A stretch of DNA of 64,000 nucleotides from Candidatus Multivoradales bacterium (lineage in GTDB: Bacteria; Acidobacteriota; Thermoanaerobaculia; Multivoradales; Multivoraceae). Shown piece after piece: positions 18,005 through 26,452 of the stretch. A model generated the notes under the pieces. The model was not told where the DNA came from. It made no database searches and worked only from the letters and a program-made list of their open reading frames with translations. The stretch spans positions 288,001 through 352,000 of the forward strand of contig CBDCWI010000002.1 of NCBI GenBank assembly GCA_965223325.1. The letters run 5' to 3'. The translations under genes were made by a program, and so were the position numbers. Position 1 is the first letter of the stretch. Every line of letters starts with the position of its first letter.

Positions 18005-18583
18005 ATGCCTCGAAGCCCATCAAGTCGCCTCACTCCGCTCGAAGTCCAGAAAATCCTGGCGGCAGCGCGCTCGGCGCGCCACGGCGTCCGTGACTACGCC
18101 ATGTTGCTGACCCTGTACCACCACGGTCTACGCGTCAGCGAGCTGTGTCGCTTGACCCAGGCGGACCTCGACCTCGAGGGCCGTCAGATCTGGATCGAGC
18201 GGCTGAAGGGCGGCCGGCCCGGCGCTCACCCGGTTCCCGAGAACGAGGCGGAGGCCCTGACGGCCTACCTCGAGGAACGCCGGGCCGAGGAAAGCCTCGA
18301 CCTCCCCGCACTCTTCCTCAACGAGAGAGGGTCGCCCCTGTCCCGCAACGCGGTCTATTACCTGATTCGCCGCGCCGGCGAGAACGCGGAAATCGGGCGC
18401 CCCCTCTACCCGCACCTCTTCCGCCACGCGGCAGGGTACAAGCTAGCCAGCGATGGTCACGACGTGCGGCTGATCCAGGAGTACCTCGGCCTTCGCTCCG
18501 CTCGCAGCGCCCTCCGGTTCGTCACGCCTCCGGGCGACGGTTCCGGAGAGGACCGCTTCGCGGGGCTCTGGACGGAGACTTGA
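18005..18583 (+). CDS. FimB/FimE-like tyrosine recombinase homolog, predicted catalytically inactive
   Basis: HGLRVSEL, RLKGG and PHLFRH present, but IQEYLGLRSARSALRFVT replaces the FimB-type LGH...Y. Confidence 0.85.
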   Translation: MPRSPSSRLTPLEVQKILAAARSARHGVRDYAMLLTLYHHGLRVSELCRLTQADLDLEGRQIWIERLKGGRPGAHPVPENEAEALTAYLEERRAEESLDLPALFLNERGSPLSRNAVYYLIRRAGENAEIGRPLYPHLFRHAAGYKLASDGHDVRLIQEYLGLRSARSALRFVTPPGDGSGEDRFAGLWTET

Positions 18584-18588
18584 ATTCC

Positions 18589-19254
18589 ATGCCTACAAAG
18601 CCCCTCAACCCGCTGCAGCTCGCCGTGACGCTGCACTGGGAGCCGGAAGACCCGGCACCGACCGCGAGCTCGCCCGAGGCGAAGCGGATCCTCGACTACT
18701 GGCTCCATCAGATCGAGCACTTCGATCCGATCTTCGCTCCGGAGTACCTGGAGGCGCCGGCGCTCTTGGCCGAGCTCCTGATCGAGGAGCGAAGCCACGA
18801 CGATCGGAAGGCCCGGATTTCGGGCGATCAACGCTTCCACCATTGGGGCCTCTGCCAGCATCTCCTTGCGGAGGCGCAGCGGGCGGTGGCGAGCAGCGCG
18901 CTCCTCTCGCGGGAGCTGACGGAGCTGGCGGTTCTCGTTGCAATGAGGCTGGATCCGGGGCACTATCATCTGAGCTGGACCGAGGACCTGCGCAGCAAGG
19001 CCTGGTGCCTCAACGCGGACGCCAACCGGCGTCTGAACCAGACGGACGCGTCGCTCGACGCGCTGGAGAAGGCCAAGGTGCACTCGAAGGCGGGAACCGG
19101 CAGCGCGGAGCTGGCAGCGAGGATCGACAAGACCGAGATGAGCTTGAAGTGGAGACTCGAAGACGGGGTGCCGCACGGCTGCAAGGCCGAGCACGGCGGG
19201 TACGGCTCGTCGATGGCATGGGATGATCCCTCCTCTCATTCGAGAATCCTCTGA
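18589..19254 (+). CDS. Alpha-helical TPR-like protein
   Basis: APALLAELL...RFHHWGLCQHLL...DLRSKAW...ANRR...GTG, resembling a TPR-like family I recall as expanded in Thermoanaerobaculia. Confidence 0.65.
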   Translation: MPTKPLNPLQLAVTLHWEPEDPAPTASSPEAKRILDYWLHQIEHFDPIFAPEYLEAPALLAELLIEERSHDDRKARISGDQRFHHWGLCQHLLAEAQRAVASSALLSRELTELAVLVAMRLDPGHYHLSWTEDLRSKAWCLNADANRRLNQTDASLDALEKAKVHSKAGTGSAELAARIDKTEMSLKWRLEDGVPHGCKAEHGGYGSSMAWDDPSSHSRIL

Positions 19255-19270
19255 GGAGAAGCCGCAACGG

Positions 19271-19654
19271 ATGACCGCGAAGACGCCCAAGACGAAGACG
19301 CCGCAGAAGGGCCTCTCGCCCTCGGAGTGGCGGGTCATGCAGGCGTGCTGGCGGCTCAAGCGGTCGACGATCCGAGAGATCCTCTTCCAGATCTCCGAGC
19401 ACGCCCCGGCAATGACCTACACCACGGTCCACATGCTGCTGACCCGGATCGTCGAGAAGGGCTACCTCGAGCTGGAGCAGGACCGGGGCAACAACTACTA
19501 CACCCCGGCGGTCGATCGCGACACGATCGTCCGCGCCGCGGCCGAGGACTTCGTTGACAATATCCTCGCCCGGGAGCCGGCCAACCTCGAGATCCTCGAG
19601 GAAGTCCTCGAAGACCGCAAGGCCGCGATTCCCGCCGAGAAGAAGCCGAACTGA
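19271..19654 (+). CDS. BlaI/MecI/CopY-family transcriptional repressor
   Basis: LSPSEWRVMQACW...TIREI...YTTVHMLLTRIVEKGYL...YYTPAV. Confidence 0.92.
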   Translation: MTAKTPKTKTPQKGLSPSEWRVMQACWRLKRSTIREILFQISEHAPAMTYTTVHMLLTRIVEKGYLELEQDRGNNYYTPAVDRDTIVRAAAEDFVDNILAREPANLEILEEVLEDRKAAIPAEKKPN

Positions 19655-19695
19655 CGGACGCCGAGCGATTGGGGTTGAAGAGGCGCGCCACGATC

Positions 19696-19813
19696 TCTAC
19701 AATTGTTGACATCGTGCGAGACGGCCCCGTTCAGACCCACACCCAGCGCCAATGAAGACAGCGAAGAGGGTCGTGGAGCGGGGTCGTCCGCCGACTTATC
19801 AACAGATGTTGAC
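19696..19813. promoter_or_regulatory. Two BlaI-type operator boxes upstream of the integrase operon
   Basis: TCTACAATTGTTGAC (19696-19710) and ATCAACAGATGTTGAC (19798-19813), each overlapping a TTGAC -35-like element. Confidence 0.6.
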
Positions 19814-19867
19814 TCCAATGCACCGATCTCGACACAACGTGCTCTCCGACCAGAGGCCTGCCTCGAA

Positions 19868-20053
19868 ATGATGTCTCTCGAAGAGTGCCGCGAGATCCTC
19901 GGCGACAAGGCGATCGAGCTCACCGACGACGAGGTCGTCGAGATCCGTGACCACTTCTACTGGCTCGCGGACGTCTGCATCGACATGGCCAGCGAGGAGC
20001 TCCAGCTGGCAAATGGCAAGGGTGCCGACGAGATCCCACTTCGGCTACTCTAG
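19868..20053 (+). CDS. Small acidic protein preceding the serine recombinase
   Basis: MSLEECREILG...TDDEVVEIRDHFYWLA; 9 bp upstream of the recombinase start. Confidence 0.6.
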   Translation: MMSLEECREILGDKAIELTDDEVVEIRDHFYWLADVCIDMASEELQLANGKGADEIPLRLL

Positions 20054-20062
20054 GGAGGCCTC

Positions 20063-21508
20063 ATGTACGCCGTCATCTACTGCCGCGTCTCGTCGAAGGA
20101 GCAGGTCGACAACTTCAGCCTGCCGACTCAGGAAGCCGCGTGCAAGGAGTTCTGCGAGCGGCACGACTGGAAGGTCGATCGGGTGTTCGTCGAGCGCGGC
20201 GAGTCGGCGAAGACTGCGGACCGCACGGAGTTCCAGCGGCTCCTCGAGTACTGCCGAGCGAACAAGAGCTTGATCGACTACGTCGTCGTCTACAACCTCT
20301 CCCGCTTCGCTCGCAACCAGTACGACCACCACGTGGTCCGTTCGCTCCTCCACAGCCTGGGGATCACGCTGCGGTCGGTGACCGAGCCGATCGACGACGG
20401 AGTGACCGGCCAGCTCATGGAGGGCATCATGGCGGCCTTCCACGAGTTCGACAACGCGCTGCGCCGCGAGAGGGCCATCGCTGGGATGAGGGCCGCGGTC
20501 GAGGCGGGCAAGTGGTGCTGGGGACCTCCGACCGGATACGACATGGTCGATGGCGTGCTCACGCCCAACGACGATGCCGCGAAGGTCCGCCGCGCATTCG
20601 AGCTTGTCGCCGGCGGCTATTCGATCGCCGACGCCTACCGCGAAGCGAGAGACATGGGGCTGGAGATGAACCGCTCCGGCTTCTACGGCATGCTGCGGCG
20701 GTCGGCCTACGCCGGTTGGGTGGAGTCGAAGAGCCAGGGGATCAAGGCGCCCGGCACGCACGAGCCGATCGTCGACCAGGGCGTCTTCGACCGGGTGCAG
20801 CTGAAGCTGTCGGGCGAGGCGACTGTCTACCAACTCGACAATCCCGACTTCCCGCTCCGGCGTTTCGTCCGCTGCGGGAACTGCGATCGCGTCTACACGG
20901 CCGGCTGGTCGAAAGGAAGAAACAAGCGCTACGGCTACTACCGCTGCGTGAAGTGCTCGAGGACCTCGGTGCGGGGGGCGGTGCTCGAGGAGCAGTTCGC
21001 CGAGCTGCTGCTACGGGTCCAGCCCAGCCCCGAGTACCTCGCGATGTTCCGGCGTGCCGTGACGGACCGTTTGAACCAGCGGGAGAGGGAGGCTCGGGAG
21101 ATCGCCAGGAAGGGCCGAGCTCGCGTCGAAGAGATCGACCAGCGGCGGGAGCGACTGGTCGAGGCGTACGTCTACGACCGAGCGATCGACCGGCAGGTCT
21201 ACGAGTCGCAGCTCGACAAGCTCAACGAGCAGTTGGCTTTGGCGAGACTCCGCGCGGTCGATGCCGAGATCGAGCAGATCGACGCCGAGGGCATCATGCG
21301 CTTCGCGGAGCACCTGGCCACCAACGCGGCCCGGCTCTGGGTCGAGTTCAACCCGCGCCAGAAGCAGCGCTTCCAGCGGTTCATATTCCCCGACGGCGTG
21401 CGCTACCGCGACGGGGAGTTTTTGAACCCGCGCACGTCCCTCCTATTCAACGAGATAGAAGAGGACGGCGACAAGGCTGTAGGAGTTGGTCGGCGCGAGA
21501 GGATTTGA
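20063..21508 (+). CDS. Large serine recombinase (island integrase)
   Basis: IYCRVSSKEQ catalytic Ser, SRFARN, recombinase domain (HEPIVD), CGNC/YYRCVKC zinc ribbon, coiled coil. Confidence 0.95.
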   Translation: MYAVIYCRVSSKEQVDNFSLPTQEAACKEFCERHDWKVDRVFVERGESAKTADRTEFQRLLEYCRANKSLIDYVVVYNLSRFARNQYDHHVVRSLLHSLGITLRSVTEPIDDGVTGQLMEGIMAAFHEFDNALRRERAIAGMRAAVEAGKWCWGPPTGYDMVDGVLTPNDDAAKVRRAFELVAGGYSIADAYREARDMGLEMNRSGFYGMLRRSAYAGWVESKSQGIKAPGTHEPIVDQGVFDRVQLKLSGEATVYQLDNPDFPLRRFVRCGNCDRVYTAGWSKGRNKRYGYYRCVKCSRTSVRGAVLEEQFAELLLRVQPSPEYLAMFRRAVTDRLNQREREAREIARKGRARVEEIDQRRERLVEAYVYDRAIDRQVYESQLDKLNEQLALARLRAVDAEIEQIDAEGIMRFAEHLATNAARLWVEFNPRQKQRFQRFIFPDGVRYRDGEFLNPRTSLLFNEIEEDGDKAVGVGRRERI

Positions 21509-21563
21509 ACCTCCGACCCCCTGAACCCCATTCAGGTGCGCTACCAGGCTGCGCCACGCGCCG
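21487..21563 (-). tRNA. tRNA-Pro(GGG)
   Basis: Reverse complement CGGCGCGTGGCGCAGCCTGGTAGCGCACCTGAATGGGGTTCAGGGGGTCGGAGGTTCAAATCCTCTCGCGCCGACCA; cloverleaf with encoded CCA. Confidence 0.97.
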
Positions 21564-21965
21564 ACGAAGCGGGATCCTACCCGAACCGTCGTCTCGCGTC
21601 AGCAAGGGGGTGGGGCTTTGATCTTCCGGCGAGGTAGGGACGCCGAGGGACTCTGTACCAAAGGGAGCCGGCCTCGACTCGCGGCTTCGCGGCCTCGGCG
21701 CGAGAGGATTCTCTTTTTCCGAAGATCCTCCGACCCCCTGAACCCCATTCAGGTGCGCTACCAGGCTGCGCCACGCGCCGACGAAGCGGGATCCTACCCG
21801 AACCGTCGTCTCGCGTCAGCAAGGGGGTGGGGCTTTGATCTTCCGGCGAGGTAGGGACGCCGAGGGACTCTGTACCAAAGGGAGCCGGCCTCGACTCGCG
21901 GCTTCGCGGTCTTGGCGCGAGAGGATTCTCTTTTTCCGAAGATCCTCCGACCTCCTGAACCCCAT
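21510..21965. repeat. 217-bp tandem duplication (~2.1 copies) covering the tRNA 5' portion, promoter and spacer
   Basis: CCTCCGACC recurs at 21510, 21727 and 21944; a few substitutions between copies. Confidence 0.9.
21695..21780 (-). pseudogene. tRNA-Pro(GGG)-like copy with a 19-nt replaced T-loop and no CCA
   Basis: Identical to the tRNA except TTCAAAT -> ATCTTCGGAAAAAGAGAAT; 3' end is AGGCC. Confidence 0.8.
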
Positions 21966-21983
21966 CGAGGAGATGAGATCGAC

Positions 21984-22484
21984 TCAGCCGGGCAGCCGCT
22001 CCAGGAGCTCCCGAGCCTCGGAGAGTAGGCCGCCCAGGTCGCGTTCTACCTCTCTTAGAACGTTCTGGCCAGGAGATCCGGTAGTGGCGGCCTTCTGCTT
22101 CGCCTTCTTCTTGACGCTCGCTTTGCTGGCCCGGCCGTTGCCGGCTTTCTTGGCCTTGCGTGAGGTTCTGGCTTTGGCGCCCGGCGGCTCTCGAGAAGCC
22201 TCTTTCTCCTTTGGCGAGGCCGCCGGCTTCGCCGATGGCGTGGTGCCACCGGCGATTTCGGCGTCCAACTTCTTCTTGGCGCCGACGATGGTGTAACCCT
22301 CGTCGTAGAGCAGTTCGCGAACGCGTCGCAGCCACTGCATCTCCTCGCCACTGTAGGTCCTCTGGGTGCCCTTGGGGGGTTGATTCTCGCGTAGAAAGTT
22401 GAATTCGCTCTCCCAGTAGCGCAGCACGTAGGGCTGCACGTCGAGGTCGCGGCACGCTTCTCCGAGTTTCAAGGCCTTGGACAT
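21984..22484 (-). CDS. MerR-family HTH regulator (tRNA-Pro-linked type) with Lys/Ala-rich tail
   Basis: LGEACRDLDVQPYVLRYWESEF...LLYDEGYTIVGAKKKL. Confidence 0.9.
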   Translation of the reverse strand: MSKALKLGEACRDLDVQPYVLRYWESEFNFLRENQPPKGTQRTYSGEEMQWLRRVRELLYDEGYTIVGAKKKLDAEIAGGTTPSAKPAASPKEKEASREPPGAKARTSRKAKKAGNGRASKASVKKKAKQKAATTGSPGQNVLREVERDLGGLLSEARELLERLPG

Positions 22485-22528
22485 AGAACCGCCTCAGCTA
22501 TTCATGAGAGGAAAGGGCGTTGGCCCGG

Positions 22529-23257
22529 TCAACGGTTGTCGAAGTTGAAGCCAAAGCCCGGCACGGTCGGCAGGACGCCGCGCACGTACTGGACGACCCA
22601 GAGGTCGACGTTGGCAATGTGGCTTCTGGGTACGAAAACGACATCCTGCGGATAGAGGTACACCATCTGCGATGGTTCGCCTGACTGCATGGCCTTCATG
22701 TCGATGGCGTAACCCTGATGCTCTCCCTCTTCATTCTCGCGAATGAGCACGACCTGCCGCTGACGAGCGGTAGGCGTAAAGCCTCCGGCCTCTTGAATGG
22801 CCTGCAGGAGATTGACCCTGCCATGGATCTCGTAGGCGCCCTGGGAGCCGACCTCGCCGCCGACGAAGTAGCGCTCTGGGGCGTACTCCTGGACGATCAC
22901 GCTGACTTGCGGTGAGGCCAGCTCACCGGTGTAGCGCTTGATGAGCTCCTCCTCGAGATCACCCGGCGTCTTTCCACCCGCTTCGATCTGGCCGACGAAG
23001 GGCAAGGAGATGCGACCGTCTGGACGCACGGGCTGCTCTTCGTCGAGCTCTGGGTTGTTGTAGAACTTGATCGACAACTCGTCGCCGGCCTGGAGCCGGT
23101 AGGTCGTCTTCTCGGGCGGCGGTGGGGGAAGCTCCAGGATGTTCTCGAGCTCGGGAGCGTTGACGGGAGTGGTGACGGAACAGGCGGAAAGCAGACCGGC
23201 AAGGAAGGACAGTAGAAGAAGCATCGGGAGTCCTGAACGGACTCGAAGAGAAAACAT
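22529..23257 (-). CDS. wza: Polysaccharide export lipoprotein (Wza/Poly_export + SLBB)
   Basis: LSAC lipobox; YRLQAGDEL, VRPDGRISLPFVG, VGGEV; start codon uncertain. Confidence 0.88.
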   Translation of the reverse strand: MFSLRVRSGLPMLLLLSFLAGLLSACSVTTPVNAPELENILELPPPPPEKTTYRLQAGDELSIKFYNNPELDEEQPVRPDGRISLPFVGQIEAGGKTPGDLEEELIKRYTGELASPQVSVIVQEYAPERYFVGGEVGSQGAYEIHGRVNLLQAIQEAGGFTPTARQRQVVLIRENEEGEHQGYAIDMKAMQSGEPSQMVYLYPQDVVFVPRSHIANVDLWVVQYVRGVLPTVPGFGFNFDNR

Positions 23258-23496
23258 GTGAGGGCCTCCTGCCCGGTCGCCGCTGGCGGTCAGGCACCTG
23301 CCAGAAAGGCTAAGGTGAAACCGAGAGCGCGGAGCCGGAAAAGAATTCGTGGGTTGCGCGTATCCTCCTGTGAGGGTTGCTCATCCACGGGTTTAGATAC
23401 TTATGACTCTATCTCAACCCGGGGCCGATCGGGGCCGACACCAGGCATCTCGACGACCCGCCGCCACAAGCTCGAGACTGACTTGACTGAATAGCC

Positions 23497-24669
23497 GTGT
23501 TTTCCTCCGATTCACCCACCCCGCACGTCGCCGTTGTCTACGGAACGCGCCCTGAAGCGGTCAAGCTCGCCTCAACGATCGAGTGCCTGCGCGCCGCTTC
23601 GGTGCAGACGACTGTGATCTCGAGCGGTCAACATCGCGAGCTGCTCGCGCCGATCGAGACGTTCTTTGACCTCGCCCCTCGCGTTCGGTTGGACGTGATG
23701 CGCGCGAAGCAGCCCCTCAACGCGCTGCTCGCTCGGCTGTTGACCGCCCTCGACGGAGCATTCGCCGAGGTGTGCCCGGACTGGGTTGTGGTCCAGGGTG
23801 ATACCACGACCGCGCTCGCCGCCGCGATGGCCGCCTTCCAACGTCAAGTCGCGGTTGCCCATGTCGAGGCCGGGTTGCGCAGTGGTGATCTTTCGAATCC
23901 CTTTCCCGAAGAAGCCAACCGGCGACTGATCGCACCGCTGGCGCACCTCCACTTTGCACCCACCGAACGCAACCGCCAGGCTCTCGAGGCCGAAGGCATC
24001 GCACCGGATCACATCCTGATCACCGGTAACCCGGTGGTCGATGCTCTGTTCTATGCAGTGGAGAGGATCGATCAGGAGCCCGCGCCCGGTCGGCGGTGGT
24101 TGCACGATGGAAGCGACGGGCAGGCGGTGGAGAACCGAGAACCCATCGTCCTCTTGACGCTTCATCGGCGCGAACTGACCTCCGGGCACTTCGACGCACT
24201 GCTCGAAGGGTTGGCGCGAGTGGCGGGGGAGTGGCCCGACCAGCCCTTCGTCTTTCCGGTGCATCCGTCGCCCGCAGTGCGCGAGCCGGTCGAGGAGGTC
24301 CTCGGGTGCGTGCCCAACGTCGAGCTTTTAGAACCTCTGTCGTACCCGGAAATGGTCGCGGCAATGCGGCAGGCGCGTCTCATCGTGACCGACAGCGGCG
24401 GCATCCAGGAAGAAGCGCCCACGTTCGGCACGCCGGTCCTGGTTCTTCGCACCACCACCGAGCGCCAGGAAGCGCTCGACGAGGGCATGGCAAGGCTGGT
24501 CGGCACCGACCCGGCGATCGTCCAGCGAGAGCTGTCCGTGACTCTCGAAGGTCAGAGGTCGGGCTCCGCCCCAGCCCGGACTCCCTTTCCGTCGCCGAAC
24601 CCCTTTGGTGACGGAAAGGCTGGCGAGCGCATCGTCAAGGCGCTCCTCGACTGGCCCCGGTCGACTTGA
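23497..24669 (+). CDS. wecB: UDP-N-acetylglucosamine 2-epimerase (non-hydrolysing)
   Basis: GTRPEAVK, QGDTTT, HVEAGLRS, PFPEE, TDSGGIQEEA, PFGDG. Confidence 0.95.
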   Translation: MFSSDSPTPHVAVVYGTRPEAVKLASTIECLRAASVQTTVISSGQHRELLAPIETFFDLAPRVRLDVMRAKQPLNALLARLLTALDGAFAEVCPDWVVVQGDTTTALAAAMAAFQRQVAVAHVEAGLRSGDLSNPFPEEANRRLIAPLAHLHFAPTERNRQALEAEGIAPDHILITGNPVVDALFYAVERIDQEPAPGRRWLHDGSDGQAVENREPIVLLTLHRRELTSGHFDALLEGLARVAGEWPDQPFVFPVHPSPAVREPVEEVLGCVPNVELLEPLSYPEMVAAMRQARLIVTDSGGIQEEAPTFGTPVLVLRTTTERQEALDEGMARLVGTDPAIVQRELSVTLEGQRSGSAPARTPFPSPNPFGDGKAGERIVKALLDWPRST

Positions 24670-24968
24670 AGGCCCTGAGATACGACCAGCCCTCCACTTG
24701 TTTCGAAGCCGCCAGAACGGATAAAATCGCCAGTATCAGGTGACAGTTGTCGCCCGGACTTCGAGTTTCCCCCCTCAAGGGAACCGTTCGTGGCAGGATG
24801 TGACGCTTGGGCGCTTCAGGCTGAATCGCCTGTGCTCCCAACACTTACACGCGAGCGCATGGCCGCGGAGTTCTGGTCCTCGCCAACAGCGGGGAATGGG
24901 GGATCGAAAATGCTTGGCCCATATTCACACATGCTTCTAGAGCGATTGTCTCCAAAAGGCTAGACAAG

Positions 24969-26450
24969 GTGCTCCAGGAAAAAAAGTTTCCGCTCCGGGA
25001 AGTCCTCGAGGCCGTCTCGCGTCGTCGTCGATGGGTCCTGGCGATTGCGGGAACCGGTACGCTCCTGGCCCTCGCGACGATGGTTGGCGAGCCGCTCTTG
25101 TACTCAGCGAGCGCCACCCTGGCGATCGACCCTGGGCGTGGCCGGGTCACCGTCTCGCCCGAACTCGGGCCAGCCGTCCAATCCACGGATCGCGTCTCGC
25201 TCGAGGAAGTCAACCAACACGTCCACCGCCTACGCAGCCGCGAGTTGATGCGCCAGCTCGTGGAACAGTACGGCGGTCTCGACGACATCCAGGCCAAGCC
25301 GTCACTGTCGCCCTTCGCGATGTTCAATCGCCTGCGCGACGCGATCAGCCCGGTTATCGCACCCGATCCAGCCACAGCCCGCGCCGAGGTCATGGGTCGC
25401 CTTCTGACCGTCGAATCGATCAACCGCGCGAATCTGATCGGCACAACGTTCACCTCCGAAGACCCGCAGGAAGCGGTCGCGATCCTCGGGCAACTGATCG
25501 AGCTCTATCTCCAGAACAGTCTCGAACTCGACCGCGACAGTCAGGCGATGGACTTTCTCGGTCGACAACGACTGGTTCAAGAGGAGCGTCTGAGGAGCGC
25601 CCGCGAACGTCTCGACACCTATCTCGCCACCCGCGGCCTGGAGGAGAAGAGCGGCGACCTGCGGGCCCACACCATCGAGATCAACGACCTCGAGTCTTCA
25701 CGCGCCAAGGCGGCGGCGACTCTGGCTGGCCTCGATGCGCGGACAGAGTTCCTCGCACGCGAGATCGCCAAGCTCGAACCGCATGTCGAGGTGAGCGAGG
25801 TCGATGCCGAAAGCGAAGGGCTGCGCACGTTGCGAGCGCACCTGGTCGAGCTCGAGATCGAGAAGGCTGATCTCTTGACCCGCTATGCGCCGGGAAGCTC
25901 GGTCATCCGGAGCAAAGAGCAGCAGATCGCTGAGATCGAACGTCAGATGGAGCGCGCCCGCCTGACTCCAACCCGCAACGAGAAAGTCTCCAATCCGACC
26001 TACCGCGCGCTCGAGACCCAGATTCTGGAAACCCAGGCCGAGCGCGCCGGGTTGCGCGCCAACGTCGCTTCCCTCGACTTTCAGATCGACGCCCGTCGCA
26101 ACGACCTGGCGCGACTCACCGCCGCAGCCCCTGACCTCGCCCGTCTCCAAAGCGAGCTCGACTCGGCACAGGCTGCGTGGCAGAACTACCTGCGCAAGGA
26201 AGAAGACACCCGCTTCGCGATGGACATGGACCGCTCGAACATTCTCAGCATCCATGTCGTTGACCCGCCGCGAGTCGACGCCGAACCGATCGCCCGACGG
26301 CGTCTCCTGCGCCTGGCAATCGCGGCCTTGGTGTGGCTGGCAATCGGGCTGGTGGCCGGCTACCTGCGCGACCGTCTCGATCCTCATGTCAAGAGCTCTC
26401 ACGAGATCGAGCGTCTCACCGGAGCTCCAGTGATCGCGGAGATCGCCTGA
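24969..26450 (+). CDS. Polysaccharide chain-length determinant (GumC/Wzc periplasmic part)
   Basis: Two TM segments flanking long coiled coils; VVDPP; EIERLTGAPVIAEI end. Confidence 0.85.
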   Translation: MLQEKKFPLREVLEAVSRRRRWVLAIAGTGTLLALATMVGEPLLYSASATLAIDPGRGRVTVSPELGPAVQSTDRVSLEEVNQHVHRLRSRELMRQLVEQYGGLDDIQAKPSLSPFAMFNRLRDAISPVIAPDPATARAEVMGRLLTVESINRANLIGTTFTSEDPQEAVAILGQLIELYLQNSLELDRDSQAMDFLGRQRLVQEERLRSARERLDTYLATRGLEEKSGDLRAHTIEINDLESSRAKAAATLAGLDARTEFLAREIAKLEPHVEVSEVDAESEGLRTLRAHLVELEIEKADLLTRYAPGSSVIRSKEQQIAEIERQMERARLTPTRNEKVSNPTYRALETQILETQAERAGLRANVASLDFQIDARRNDLARLTAAAPDLARLQSELDSAQAAWQNYLRKEEDTRFAMDMDRSNILSIHVVDPPRVDAEPIARRRLLRLAIAALVWLAIGLVAGYLRDRLDPHVKSSHEIERLTGAPVIAEIA

Positions 26451-26452
26451 TC

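Larger units (their letters stand above)
1..21508. mobile_element. Genomic island (IME/ICE-like) integrated at the 3' end of tRNA-Pro(GGG); left end lies outside the window
   Basis: Large serine recombinase abuts and overlaps the tRNA 3' end; cargo of ssb, ardC, xis-like HTH, RM and defence genes and an IS; host-type genes resume beyond the tRNA. Confidence 0.85.

Noticed and set aside
17900-18600. Active fimS-like invertible promoter
   Set aside because: The recombinase lacks the catalytic Tyr and the only clear IRs are too close together for inversion.
21695-21780. Intron-containing functional tRNA
   Set aside because: The extra sequence replaces rather than cleanly interrupts the T-loop, is far too short for a self-splicing intron, and the copy lacks CCA.
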